Shown one piece after another: positions 48,798 to 59,142 of a DNA stretch of 64,000 bases. Under the pieces are notes generated by a model. That model ran no database searches. It saw only the letters and a program-made list of their open reading frames with translations, and had not been told where the DNA came from. Source of the stretch: Nitrospirales bacterium (lineage in GTDB: Bacteria; Nitrospirota; Nitrospiria; Nitrospirales; UBA8639). The position numbers and the translations under genes are program-made. Every line of letters starts with the position of its first letter. Positions within the stretch are counted from its first letter, which is position 1. The stretch is from the NCBI GenBank assembly GCA_965223295.1, contig CBDCWC010000003.1:544001-608000 (forward strand), written 5' to 3'.

Positions 48798-50405
48798 ATG
48801 AGAATCACCGCTCACCGATATCGTAACGCATGCATTCTCATCATGTGCTTATCTCTCTGTTTCCTCGGAGAAACATGGGGGCAATCGTCAAAACATCAAA
48901 TTCTCTCAGACGCCAGTTCAATCTCGAGCGAAGACGAGGCGCTCAAGGATCTCATACCTCCCGATTCAGTCATTTCTCTGACACTTCGGGATGCGGTCAT
49001 GAAGGCTCTTGAACATAATCTGGATATTCAAGTCAGCCGGCATACTAGAGATACACGCATTACCGATATTGTCTTGGAACAAGCCAAGTTTGATCCCACG
49101 GTTCAGCTTGGAACACGATATGATCGCCAGGTCTCCCCGCTCAACCGGCCTGTCTTCGGGTTTGGAGGCGTCACACTCGGCACTGGACCCGATAATTTTG
49201 ACCAAAACGACACACAGTTCAATTTGGGCTATTCGCAACGTCTCCTCACAGGAGGTTCTTACGATCTCACCTTTGATACCGGACGAAACTCTGTTGCCGG
49301 ACCAACAGGGTTTCTCTTTAACCCTTCCTACTCCAGCAACCTGTCAATCACGCTCACCCAACCTCTCCTGCGAAACTTTGGCTCCACCATCAATCAGACG
49401 TTGATCACCGTCGCTCGCAATGCGGCAGCGGTCGAACAACTGCTGTTAACCCAACAAATCATTTCCGTCATCGCGCAAGTCGAGCAGACCTATTGGGAAC
49501 TGGTCTTTGCCCGAGAAAATCTAAAAGTCGCATTTGCTACATTAAGGGCAGCTGAGGAGCTTCTAGCAAGTAACAGGGAGAAGGTGAAGGCTGGCGTCAT
49601 GGCTGAAGTGGAAGCGTTACAGGCACAGGCAGGCGTCGCAAATCGTATTGAACAAATTTTACTGGCGAAACAATCGGTTGAAGACCAGGAAGATCAATTG
49701 CGGCGATTATTAAGTCAATCAGAATGGAATTTGACCCAAACCACCCCGATCGTTCCACTGGACCAACCCATTCAACATCGATCGCGCGTTCCTCTAGAAG
49801 CGACGGTCAAACAAGCACTCAGAGACCGACCGGAAGTTTTACAAGTAAAAAAAAATCTCAACAGCGCACAGGCTCAGACTCAATTCGCCAACAATCAATT
49901 GTTGCCGGACCTCTCCTTTCAAGGCGGACTAGGTTTAGCAGGGCTGGGAAACGACCCCAATAATAGTTGGGATCGTATGATCAGCACGGATTTCTACAAT
50001 ATGGGTGGTGGGTTAACCTTGAGCTACCCCTTGGGCAATCGTGCGGCTGAAAGTCAGTACCAACGACGCACATTGGAAACGCACCAACAACAAGCTTCAC
50101 TTCTGCGTACCCGCCAACAAGTTATTTTGGATGTCAAAGAAGCCATCCGCCAGGTCGATACAAGCTACAAACGGATCCGCACGAATCAAACCGCGCGTCG
50201 CCTCTCAGAAAAACAACTCAATGCTGAGCAAGAACGCCTGCAGTTAGGACTGAGTACTACGCGAGTCGTCCTAGAATTCCAACGAGACTTGCAAACAGCC
50301 CAAAGCCTGGAACTCCGCGCGATTCTGGACTACAATCAATCCCTCTCCCGCCTCCGCCTTGCTACCGCCTCAACACTTGACTATTACAACATCCAGGTCC
50401 AATAA
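48798..50405 (+). CDS. TolC family outer membrane efflux protein
   Basis: LTLRDAVMKALEHNLDI, LTQPLLRNFG, VEQTYWEL, AEQERLQLGLST. Confidence 0.9.
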   Translation: MRITAHRYRNACILIMCLSLCFLGETWGQSSKHQILSDASSISSEDEALKDLIPPDSVISLTLRDAVMKALEHNLDIQVSRHTRDTRITDIVLEQAKFDPTVQLGTRYDRQVSPLNRPVFGFGGVTLGTGPDNFDQNDTQFNLGYSQRLLTGGSYDLTFDTGRNSVAGPTGFLFNPSYSSNLSITLTQPLLRNFGSTINQTLITVARNAAAVEQLLLTQQIISVIAQVEQTYWELVFARENLKVAFATLRAAEELLASNREKVKAGVMAEVEALQAQAGVANRIEQILLAKQSVEDQEDQLRRLLSQSEWNLTQTTPIVPLDQPIQHRSRVPLEATVKQALRDRPEVLQVKKNLNSAQAQTQFANNQLLPDLSFQGGLGLAGLGNDPNNSWDRMISTDFYNMGGGLTLSYPLGNRAAESQYQRRTLETHQQQASLLRTRQQVILDVKEAIRQVDTSYKRIRTNQTARRLSEKQLNAEQERLQLGLSTTRVVLEFQRDLQTAQSLELRAILDYNQSLSRLRLATASTLDYYNIQVQ

Positions 50406-50472
50406 GCTCTCCTATACCTGCTGTCTACACGAAAAACCAGCTGCTCTTGGAATTCTGCAAACATTGTTTGCA

Positions 50473-50498
50473 CCCTTCGACATGGATCAGGACTAGCC
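50473..50498 (+). repeat. CCCTTCGAC-type REP-like remnant
   Basis: cccttcgacatggatcaggactagcc; related sequences at 48728 and 53252. Confidence 0.45.
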
Positions 50499-50682
50499 TA
50501 ACGAGTTACTCTAGGCTTCATCTAACGTCTGCCTTATTCGAGCGATAAGACAAGGTATCAATGGTTGTGGGTTTTCTGGCCGACAATGGACCTGGTCCTC
50601 TGTGAGGAAACCACGCATATAAGATGAATCACTATTGTCTGTCTTGAGAAAACTTACGAATAATGGATCTAGAAGCTAGTCA

Positions 50683-51510
50683 CTAGGCCCGCACCACTTC
50701 TTCCAATTCTGGTAGTTCACGCTGAGGAATGAGACGATTGAGGTTATTGGGTCCATGGCCAGTTTGAGAAAGTTGAAACAGTGCATCACTTTCAGGCTCG
50801 ACCGTCCCAAAGAGCCAATCATAGAGAGGCATAAATAAGGAGTAATTGGCTTCCCAGCGAGAATGATGCAAGCTATGAAAACTTGGCGTATAGACTAACC
50901 ATTTCAAGGGGGAACGTCCGTACCACTTAGGAAAAAACTCAACATTGCAATGACCAATGCTATTCAAGAAGTCAAAAACCAGGAAATAGACAAAGAACCC
51001 GAGAGGCGTCAGATGGCCCATCCACCCGACAATCAAGACCGTCAGTGCAAAAAGCACGAGGTAGCTCAAGCGTTCAAAGAGTGTAAAGGTATACCCCGAA
51101 GGCGGACTGGGAACCGTGGCTTTATGATGCTTGATATGATGCTTACGGAGCGTAGGATTTCGATGCAGAAGGATATGATAGCCATAATAGATTGGCTCCG
51201 TCACAAACATATGCGTCAACGTCAGTGCCATGAAACCAATGGCCGTCTGATTAAAGGTTGGCAGGCTTTCCCATTCAATGAAGAGGAGCACACCCCAATA
51301 CGTCAATAGTGCAAATCCTGCCGCATCCACAAAAAACGGCACGGCCCAAAATTTTTCCCGTTCGAATTGTTCTGCAGGAATAGGTATCTGGTAAATGCGT
51401 TGGCGTTCCGCAGACGCTGAACGAGAAATCCAAGAAATCAGACAGACCAACCCGACACGAAGCAAGGCCCAACTCAGAAAAAACATCCCAAAATACCAAT
51501 TGATTTCCAT
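50683..51510 (-). CDS. Fatty acid hydroxylase/sterol desaturase superfamily membrane di-iron enzyme, CER1/CER3-like
   Basis: His boxes HILLH, HIKHH, HSLHH plus DFLNSIGHCNVE and YTPSFHSLHH...NYSLFMPLYDWLFGT. Confidence 0.85.
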   Translation of the reverse strand: MEINWYFGMFFLSWALLRVGLVCLISWISRSASAERQRIYQIPIPAEQFEREKFWAVPFFVDAAGFALLTYWGVLLFIEWESLPTFNQTAIGFMALTLTHMFVTEPIYYGYHILLHRNPTLRKHHIKHHKATVPSPPSGYTFTLFERLSYLVLFALTVLIVGWMGHLTPLGFFVYFLVFDFLNSIGHCNVEFFPKWYGRSPLKWLVYTPSFHSLHHSRWEANYSLFMPLYDWLFGTVEPESDALFQLSQTGHGPNNLNRLIPQRELPELEEVVRA

Positions 51511-51527
51511 GTGAAAATTCCTCTCAT

Positions 51528-52682
51528 CTACATGGCATAGGCCATGCTAACCCGGTTTTCCTGTGAGACATGAGTAAATCGACGAGTACGCGCTTTCTTC
51601 TTTTTCTTATCAACCCGTAAATGGTCATAATACGTGCGAATAATTGAAGCCAGAGAGTCGACCTCTACGGATTCAAACACTTCAGGATGATCTTTGAGTA
51701 CGGCCCGGAGCTTGTGAGTTTGAAAATTCCAAGTTTGCGTGGAATACACTCGGTTCGGCTCAATGAGCTTTTCAAGTTTTTGTTCGAGTAAAGACTCCGC
51801 TTGTTCATAGACTAGAGTCAGACCAATTTCGTTGGCGACCGTTGAGAGCAACGTCCTTGTATTCATATTTTCGGCACTCACGAGATGGAACACTTCATGA
51901 TGCTGTCGATGCTCTGTCGTTTGCGACAACCATTGTGCTTGATTGATTACCGTATCAATCGAGACGAGATTCGTGGCTGCCTCCGCAGGAATTTGGAGAC
52001 GGATCTGAGAAGTGAGCTTGCTCAGGGTAAAGAAACCTCGAGCAAACATATACAGGCCATATGGTTTAAAATTACACCATCCGGTCTCCTGATGGCCGAT
52101 TACAATCGACGGCCGCACAATAGTCAGCGGATTTCCTCTATTGCCTTGCTGCGACGCGTGAGACAATGTCTGTTCTGTGAGGAATTTTGTGACTTGGTAG
52201 GAGTTGCCTAACACGGGAAGGAGATGCAAGGCTTCATCAACATCAGCCCCAATATTCCCTCCAACATACGCTGTCGACATGTAGTAGAACCGGTTGGCAC
52301 GAGCACTTGTTTCCGAAAACTTTTGATAGAGCAACACACTATTTCGCACATTATTCTCATACGAATTTGCGAGATTCTCTGAGGCATAATTCATGTCCGC
52401 CGCACAATGCCATACCTCGACAACCTCTTCCCAAAATGTCAATCGATCTAATTCATGAGAGAAATTTTCGTGATCAATATCTTCAATATGTAAATTCTTG
52501 AGCACCTGGGGAGACACATCGTAGCCAAATCCACGCATTGCCGCCGTAATGCTTTGCAGCGTCCGACTTCCATCAGGGTCATTTCGTGACAAGCAAATCA
52601 CCTTTTTCCCACTCGCCAGAAACGCACCTGCTAACGCGCCGCCAATAAACCCAGTACCGCCGGTAATAAGAATATAAGCCAT
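51528..52682 (-). CDS. Extended SDR, fatty acyl-CoA / thioester reductase (male-sterility) type
   Basis: ITGGTGFIG, VWHCAA, YMSTAYV, NSYQVTK, IVRPSIVIG. Confidence 0.85.
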   Translation of the reverse strand: MAYILITGGTGFIGGALAGAFLASGKKVICLSRNDPDGSRTLQSITAAMRGFGYDVSPQVLKNLHIEDIDHENFSHELDRLTFWEEVVEVWHCAADMNYASENLANSYENNVRNSVLLYQKFSETSARANRFYYMSTAYVGGNIGADVDEALHLLPVLGNSYQVTKFLTEQTLSHASQQGNRGNPLTIVRPSIVIGHQETGWCNFKPYGLYMFARGFFTLSKLTSQIRLQIPAEAATNLVSIDTVINQAQWLSQTTEHRQHHEVFHLVSAENMNTRTLLSTVANEIGLTLVYEQAESLLEQKLEKLIEPNRVYSTQTWNFQTHKLRAVLKDHPEVFESVEVDSLASIIRTYYDHLRVDKKKKKARTRRFTHVSQENRVSMAYAM

Positions 52683-53223
52683 GATGACTATTCTCTCCTT
52701 CCCAATTTTTTTACAAAAACTCGTACAGATGCCGGAATCGTAGAGAGAGGTTCTCGTGGTATCGAAAACTGGTTGCGCCTATCTTTGATTTCTTTGTTCT
52801 CTGTATTGGACATGAAAGCAACAGCTATGCCATGACCAATCGCATTCAGAAATTTGGCGTGATACTTTGGGAAAGGGTTGTGGAAAAAAAGAAAAAGCTG
52901 AGCACGAAAAGCGTCAATAAGTCCGTGAGGGCAAGGGACTGGATTGATGCCGATGACATGAACCGGACGACGAGAATCCAAACCAGATGCCTCGTTTCAG
53001 ATTTTTGAAATTGTTATGACAAAAATTTGGCCTGCTAACGTATCTTTGCAACAATGCGCGACAGACTGTTCCTTTCTGGCGGCTTCCTGAAGATATTTTC
53101 ATGATTGTCGAACAACGCTCATTCTCCTACGTCGAGAGAATCCAAAGCTCAAAAGTTATCCAAATAGATACAGAGCATATCTATTTGGATACGAATTCGT
53201 CTTTTCATATCACCTCTACCAGA

Positions 53224-53276
53224 GCTCTTGAAAAAAGCCACCAGCGGCCTGCCCTTCGACAAGCTCAGAGCAGGCC
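53224..53276 (+). repeat. Half-MITE end plus a CCCTTCGACAAGCTCAG REP-like motif
   Basis: gctcttgaaaaaagccaccagcggc then cccttcgacaagctcagagcaggc. Confidence 0.55.
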
Positions 53277-53593
53277 ATTTGAATCGGTCCGTAGATGATG
53301 ACTGGCAAGGATTTCCTAACGAAATACGGCCTTTGATCTCCTCATTAGTCAACACTCTCCTTACTAGATATGTCTTCCATTGTATACGCTGGTTGCACCC
53401 TTGAGTTGATTGAGCTTCGATCGAGGTGCAAGAAGAGAACTCTGTGAATTCTTCCATTATTTGAAACATTCAACCCGCACATGTGAACCAATATCCTTCA
53501 ACTCTTTGACAAGAACTCCCAGTTCCCTGAGGCTCACCCCTCCTGCTACCATAAGATAACGACACGGCATCCCTATTCATGTGATTTGCCCTC

Positions 53594-54730
53594 ATGTCTG
53601 GAAAGGTCTTATCCACAGTTTTTCTACTCATTCTGGCTTCGGGCATTGGCCTCTATGCCTATCTGCCTGATTTTCAATCGGATGCTTCGGAAAAATCCCA
53701 ACTGGAAACCGTTGAAGTAGTGCGCAGTTCTCTGCAAACGCGAGTATCAGAAACCGGAACAATCCAGCCTTCAAAAACAATCGAAATTAAATCGCAATTT
53801 TCCGGGGAAGTTGCACAATTGTTTGTTTCAAGTGGGAAGCCTGTCAAAAAGGGCGAAGTGCTGGCGATTATTCGTCAGGAATCGATCCAAGCTCGCCAAG
53901 TTGCGCAACTTCGGGCCGCTATTCAAGAAGAACGTCTCAATGTGAATACCGCCCAACGGGAATGGGTTCGCTCTCAAGCCTTATTTAAGAAAGGCTTCAT
54001 TGCCCAGCAGGCCCTGGAGAACGCCGAGCATGAATACCAACGTACATTGGTCCGCTTAGAACTGGCCGAACGCCAATTGCTACTAGCGCTAGGTGGGAAT
54101 AAAGAGTTATTTGAACGTTACCAGGAAAACCCAACACAGAGCAGTCGTCCGGAAGAATTCCAGGTCCGCTCTCCAACGAATGGCACCGTATTAGAGGTTC
54201 TTGTCAATCCCGGAGAGATTATTACTTCAGGAACGGCCACATTTGGTGGAGGCACCGTGCTCATGAAAGTAGCGGATCTTTCACGCATGATCGTCAAAGC
54301 CAAAATCAACGAAGTGAATGTCCCACGAGTGGCCGTTGGTCAAGAAGTTGATATTCGCTTAGACGCCCTTCCAGACCAACACTTCAAAGGACGAGTAAAC
54401 GCGATCGCTGCGCAGGGTGTGAAAGAAGAAAATATCGTCACCTATGATGTGACGATTGCCATCTTAGATTCAAACCCGGCTCTCAAACCCATGCTCACAG
54501 CTAATGTAGATATTGTGACGAGGCAATTGGACGATGTGCTCACCATCCCATTGAATGTCCTCAAAGTAAAAAATGGGGATGATATCGTCGAAGTGCTCAC
54601 AAATGGAACATCAAAAACTCAGAAAGTACGAGTCGCATTTCGAACCGATACCGAAGCAGTCATTACGAAAGGCCTCCAAGAACATGATCAAGTCGTGATC
54701 CCAAAATTTAAGCCAACCACCGAAAATTAA
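53594..54730 (+). CDS. MacA-like periplasmic adaptor (membrane fusion protein)
   Basis: TGTIQP...IKSQFSGEV, SPTNGTV, VADLSRM, NEVNV. Confidence 0.9.
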   Translation: MSGKVLSTVFLLILASGIGLYAYLPDFQSDASEKSQLETVEVVRSSLQTRVSETGTIQPSKTIEIKSQFSGEVAQLFVSSGKPVKKGEVLAIIRQESIQARQVAQLRAAIQEERLNVNTAQREWVRSQALFKKGFIAQQALENAEHEYQRTLVRLELAERQLLLALGGNKELFERYQENPTQSSRPEEFQVRSPTNGTVLEVLVNPGEIITSGTATFGGGTVLMKVADLSRMIVKAKINEVNVPRVAVGQEVDIRLDALPDQHFKGRVNAIAAQGVKEENIVTYDVTIAILDSNPALKPMLTANVDIVTRQLDDVLTIPLNVLKVKNGDDIVEVLTNGTSKTQKVRVAFRTDTEAVITKGLQEHDQVVIPKFKPTTEN

Positions 54731-54753
54731 TCACTCCTTCAGTTACATGGTCA

Positions 54754-55464
54754 ATGCTCATTACCTTACGCCAAATCAATAAAGTCTACTTCACAGGTGA
54801 CATTGAAGTTCATGCTCTGCGGAACGTGAGTATTACTATTGAGTCCGGCGAGTTTGTGGCGATTATCGGGCAATCGGGTAGCGGGAAAACAACATTGCTA
54901 GATATTTTAGGCTGTCTCAGTCATCCCACACATGGAGAATATTGGCTCAACGGCGCGCACATTCATACCTTGCCCGACTCGGAACTCACGACCATTCGCA
55001 ATCAACAAATTGGGTTTATCTTTCAGACCTTCCACCTCTTACCACGCAAATCTGCCTTAGAAAATGTGCAACTCCCGCTTATGTATGCTGGAACCAACCG
55101 CGCTCAACAACAAGAACGTGCCCTTGAATTACTCACCATGGTGGGGCTTGAAGATCGAGTGCATCATCATAGCAACCAATTATCAGGTGGGCAGCAGCAA
55201 CGAGTCGCCATTGCCCGCGCCCTAGCCAACCATCCTTCATTACTTCTCGCAGACGAACCGACTGGCAATTTGGACAGCCAATCTGGACACGAAATTTTAT
55301 CAATATTCGAAACCCTCCATCGTCAGGGACAAACCATTGTCATGATCACACATGACCCACTGATCGCTCAACGCGCTAGTCGGCGTATCACACTCTTAGA
55401 CGGACGAGTGCTATCTGATGAATCGACTGCATCCCCGGCACTAGAAGTGCTTCAAGAAATCTAG
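54754..55464 (+). CDS. MacB/LolD-type ABC ATP-binding protein
   Basis: [33 protein letters not shown]. Confidence 0.92.
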   Translation: MLITLRQINKVYFTGDIEVHALRNVSITIESGEFVAIIGQSGSGKTTLLDILGCLSHPTHGEYWLNGAHIHTLPDSELTTIRNQQIGFIFQTFHLLPRKSALENVQLPLMYAGTNRAQQQERALELLTMVGLEDRVHHHSNQLSGGQQQRVAIARALANHPSLLLADEPTGNLDSQSGHEILSIFETLHRQGQTIVMITHDPLIAQRASRRITLLDGRVLSDESTASPALEVLQEI

Positions 55465-55472
55465 AGACCGCC

Positions 55473-56693
55473 ATGCTTGGAGCCATTTTTCGTGATGCCC
55501 TAAAAAATCTGTCTGGCAATATGCTGCGTTCCGGCCTGACCATGCTAGGCGTAATTATTGGTGTCGCTTCGGTCATTGCCATGATGGCCATTGTAGAAGG
55601 TGGACAGGTCTGGTTGGTCAGTTCTATAGAACGCTTAGGCACCAATCTGTTGTTTGTTTGGAAAAAACGGTTGACCATGGAAGAAAAACGGATGTTTGCC
55701 GGACGAAATCTTCAGCTGCGTTATGACGACACCTTGGCTGTTCGAGACCACTTCCCCGAACTCACCGTTGCACCTATCATCGAAATTGATGGGCAAGTCA
55801 AAGCTGGAGAACGAGATTACAGTGGAAGCATCACTGGCACATCACCCGAATTTAGCGAGATCCGCAACTTTCGACCAGCGGTTGGACGTTTTTTGCAAAC
55901 TACTGATGTTCATACCTGGAACCGAGCCGCGGTGCTCGGAAAAACCATTGCAGAGGTCCTGTATGGATCGCAAGCGGCGGTAGGACAGCAACTGAAAATT
56001 GGGGAGCATCGATTTACGGTGGTTGGTGTCATGGAACCCAAAGGAGAAGTCTATGGACAAGATCGGGACGAAATGATTTTTATTCCGGTGACCACCGCTC
56101 TACGTTTTTTTAAAGGCACGGACAAAATTGGGTCAATGGTCATTCACGTGCCGAACCGAGATGATATGGAGGAAGTCACACATCAGCTTCATCAATTTCT
56201 TATCCAACGTCATGACGGCGTTGATGATATTCGCGTGCGTAATCAGGGCGATTTTCTCGGAGCCATCGACCGAACCATTTGGACTTTTCGCATTGTGCTT
56301 GGCGGAATTGCCATTGTGGCATTATTGGTGGGAGGCATTGGGATTATGAATATAATGCTGGTCACGGTCACAGAACGTACCCGCGAAATTGGCTTACGGA
56401 AAGCCATTGGCGCGAAGCGCCGTGACATTCTGCTCCAATTTCTCATTGAATCTACCACGATCAGTGTGATTGGGGGATGCTTTGGAGTCATCCTGGGAAT
56501 CTTTGCCGCCTATGGCTTTGGAAATTTTGTCGCGCAATCCATGCCTGGCGGAGGTGATTGGGGCGCCGTCATCAAACCCGCCGCCATTGCCATCGCCTTT
56601 GTGTTTGCCGTCAGTGTGGGAATTCTATTTGGACTGTTCCCGGCCATGAAAGCCTCAAAACTTGACCCCGCCGAAGCCCTGCGTTACCAATAG
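55473..56693 (+). CDS. MacB-type ABC permease
   Basis: RSGLTMLGVIIGV, GGIGIMNIMLVTVTERTREIG, KLDPAEALRY. Confidence 0.92.
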   Translation: MLGAIFRDALKNLSGNMLRSGLTMLGVIIGVASVIAMMAIVEGGQVWLVSSIERLGTNLLFVWKKRLTMEEKRMFAGRNLQLRYDDTLAVRDHFPELTVAPIIEIDGQVKAGERDYSGSITGTSPEFSEIRNFRPAVGRFLQTTDVHTWNRAAVLGKTIAEVLYGSQAAVGQQLKIGEHRFTVVGVMEPKGEVYGQDRDEMIFIPVTTALRFFKGTDKIGSMVIHVPNRDDMEEVTHQLHQFLIQRHDGVDDIRVRNQGDFLGAIDRTIWTFRIVLGGIAIVALLVGGIGIMNIMLVTVTERTREIGLRKAIGAKRRDILLQFLIESTTISVIGGCFGVILGIFAAYGFGNFVAQSMPGGGDWGAVIKPAAIAIAFVFAVSVGILFGLFPAMKASKLDPAEALRYQ

Positions 56694-56722
56694 CCGAAAA
56701 AATCTACACTGGACGTTCCTCG

Positions 56723-57415
56723 ATGTACACCTCTCCAGAACGAGTAACGTGGCTTGCCTTCCTTCCCATCGGAGCCACAGTTGGCTTCTATTCCCTTCCG
56801 CTTGTATGGCAGTCGAACATGCTCATTCAATTCATTCCACAAATGTTCGCCTACCTGTCGCTGGGAGTCTGGAGTTACTACAACAGGAGTTGCTTAGCCA
56901 AACTTGGACTAGAAGCAGCCAGATTTCTCCTTGGAGTAAGATGGGGAACGATCACTGGAATAGTTTTAGGCAGCGTCAATACATACATCATTCTATTCAT
57001 CATGCCTAGGTTGGGAGGAGATATCACCTTTCTCCGAGACACTCCCCATGCCCAGATTCCTTTTTGGGTCATGATACCTTGGTTCATTTTCTTTATTGCC
57101 ACTGCCGTTGAACTCAATTTTCGTGGATTCCTACTAGGACGATTACTCGAGTTTTTCTCCACGCATGATCGGCTTCCATCACTTCCTCTATCCAAAAACC
57201 TATGCCTGCTACTCCCCTTGCTTCTCTCGGCCCTCACGTTTTCCTTTGATCCATTTATGGTATCCACATTTGGCGCTTTACATTGGATCGCACTTTGGGA
57301 TGGGCTTATATGGGGATGGCTATGGATACGCTTGAAAAATCTTTACGCGGTCATCACCGCTCATGCGGTTGAGGTCCTGATCCTATACTTGAGCGTCCGT
57401 ACAGCATTACTTTAG
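56723..57415 (+). CDS. CPBP (CAAX/Abi) intramembrane protease-like protein, degenerate
   Basis: AVELNFRGFLL, AVITAH; multiple TM helices. Confidence 0.6.
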   Translation: MYTSPERVTWLAFLPIGATVGFYSLPLVWQSNMLIQFIPQMFAYLSLGVWSYYNRSCLAKLGLEAARFLLGVRWGTITGIVLGSVNTYIILFIMPRLGGDITFLRDTPHAQIPFWVMIPWFIFFIATAVELNFRGFLLGRLLEFFSTHDRLPSLPLSKNLCLLLPLLLSALTFSFDPFMVSTFGALHWIALWDGLIWGWLWIRLKNLYAVITAHAVEVLILYLSVRTALL

Positions 57416-57597
57416 GGGTCTGTTGATTGCCAAGGGCTTCATGGCGAAATATGGCTTTTGATATCTTCATGATTCAACACTCCCTTTAGGCTCATTTTGT
57501 CCCAGCTGTCGGTTCGACTACAATCCTATTTGAAAACTCGGCTGGCAGCATTGAGCAAGAGTTCATTTTCGACTCTTAAAACGTTAGAGGAGATTTC

Positions 57598-57936
57598 ATG
57601 TCAGAACTCGTGAAATACATCTTGTATTTTTTTATCGGTGGCACTCTTGTGAGTGTCTCCACCTATTTGGGAAGTCATGGAAAAGGCTTTGTGGCGGCAT
57701 TGGCCAGTACATTGCCGGTCATCAGCGGGGTGACGTTTATCCTCATCTACCTCAATGCCGGCAATGCACCGACCGTCTCATTTGCTAAAAATCTCATTTG
57801 GCTATCGCCTCCATGGTTTATCTATGTAGGCACGATGATTTTTGGCGTTTCAAAGTTAGGTTTCTGGCCAGCCTATGGGTTAGCCATTGGACTCTATATA
57901 GCAGGGATTGGCATAACCCGCCTCGTTCTTCATTAA
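57598..57936 (+). CDS. Small membrane protein (DUF3147/GlpM-like)
   Basis: YFFIGGTLV...ALASTLP; four hydrophobic segments; good RBS. Confidence 0.65.
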   Translation: MSELVKYILYFFIGGTLVSVSTYLGSHGKGFVAALASTLPVISGVTFILIYLNAGNAPTVSFAKNLIWLSPPWFIYVGTMIFGVSKLGFWPAYGLAIGLYIAGIGITRLVLH

Positions 57937-57971
57937 CCTTATTGAAAGTGGCTCATGGAAAGGTCTTATGC

Positions 57972-58391
57972 ATGACAGACTTTATTAAACCCAGTGTGCA
58001 TGCCTTGCTCGTCTGCGACACCATTATTATTGATAGTTTGACTGGCAAGAAAAGTATAATCGGCGCCTTTACCCATTTGTGGGCCAAAACCTTTCCTTGC
58101 CAACACCCCCAAGTCGGCGTGTATTTCTCGTTAACCGACGCCGAAGGCCAATACGCATTTGAGATTCAATTGGTCTACTTGGACAAAGACCAGATGGTCG
58201 GGAAAGGTTCGCTTCCACCACTAGAAATTCACAATCGACTGGCCACCCATGACTTCGGCGTGAACATTCCGTATTTAGTGTTTCCCGGCCCAGGGAAATA
58301 TGAATTTCGCCTCTATGCGGATGGGAATTTCATTACCCAAAAGGACTTCCAAGTCATCCAACAAGAACCTTCATCGAATTCTCAGGAATAA
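57972..58391 (+). CDS. Conserved hypothetical beta-rich protein (DUF6941-like)
   Basis: LLVCDTII.D..TGKKSIIG.F...FPGPGKYEFRL. Confidence 0.65.
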   Translation: MTDFIKPSVHALLVCDTIIIDSLTGKKSIIGAFTHLWAKTFPCQHPQVGVYFSLTDAEGQYAFEIQLVYLDKDQMVGKGSLPPLEIHNRLATHDFGVNIPYLVFPGPGKYEFRLYADGNFITQKDFQVIQQEPSSNSQE

Positions 58392-58493
58392 CCGCACCCC
58401 CCATCGTCACTAACACAAACAAGCTATTGCGTTATAAAAAATTTCTCATATACTCTTGAGGTAAAGTCAATAAATCTCTTAAGGAGGCACATA

Positions 58494-58859
58494 ATGAGAA
58501 CGCCTATAGCACTCGGCCTGATACTCATAGCTGTTTTAGTCTCCGGATGTAGTTCAACCGGATCGTTGGGAATTGTCACAAAGAGTTCTGCCGATCCAGC
58601 AGCTCTTCTTCAATCAGCTCAAGGCTTCGAAGAACTGGGGCAGACTGAAGGCCGAGGCTGTCGGCATTTCGTAATTGGAATCATTCCCTTTGGAAATTCT
58701 GACATCGAAGAAGCCGTCAACGATGCACTGAAGAAAACAGGCGGGGATGCGCTGATTAATGTCAGTACGGAAACGAGCCTGTATGGATTCATTCCCATCT
58801 ACAACGTCTATGCCTTTACCTGCACAACAGTCAAAGGGACAGCGATCAAATTCAAATAG
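58494..58859 (+). CDS. TRL-like small lipoprotein
   Basis: Lipobox LVSGC; EGRGC...GDALINV...CTTVKGTAI. Confidence 0.7.
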   Translation: MRTPIALGLILIAVLVSGCSSTGSLGIVTKSSADPAALLQSAQGFEELGQTEGRGCRHFVIGIIPFGNSDIEEAVNDALKKTGGDALINVSTETSLYGFIPIYNVYAFTCTTVKGTAIKFK

Positions 58860-58871
58860 GCTTATCCATCT

Positions 58872-58905
58872 GCCCCTTTCATCATTTGGATGAAAGGGGC
58901 CTTTA
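58872..58905 (+). terminator. Intrinsic terminator
   Basis: gcccctttcatc / gatgaaaggggc hairpin. Confidence 0.65.
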
Positions 58906-59142
58906 CTTGCTGCCTGAAGGCTTGCACCCATCATTCCTACCCATTCCACGTAATACTCTCTACTGAGCAACAACCTCCAGCAACACCACCGTATCTCGAC
59001 CAAGATTTCTGGCCCTCTGAAAACCTTTCAACTTCCTCACAGACCCACCGAAGAAATAACCTGGATCAGGATAATCACGCGCGAACTGCACGACAAGATT
59101 TTGTTTTTCATTGCCTGCAGAAAAATAAGCAGGGAGGATTCT

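Noticed and set aside
52688-53469. Short ORFs upstream of the reductase as extra pathway genes (for example an ACP or electron carrier)
   Set aside because: No recognisable motifs in the frames examined; likely non-coding or decayed.
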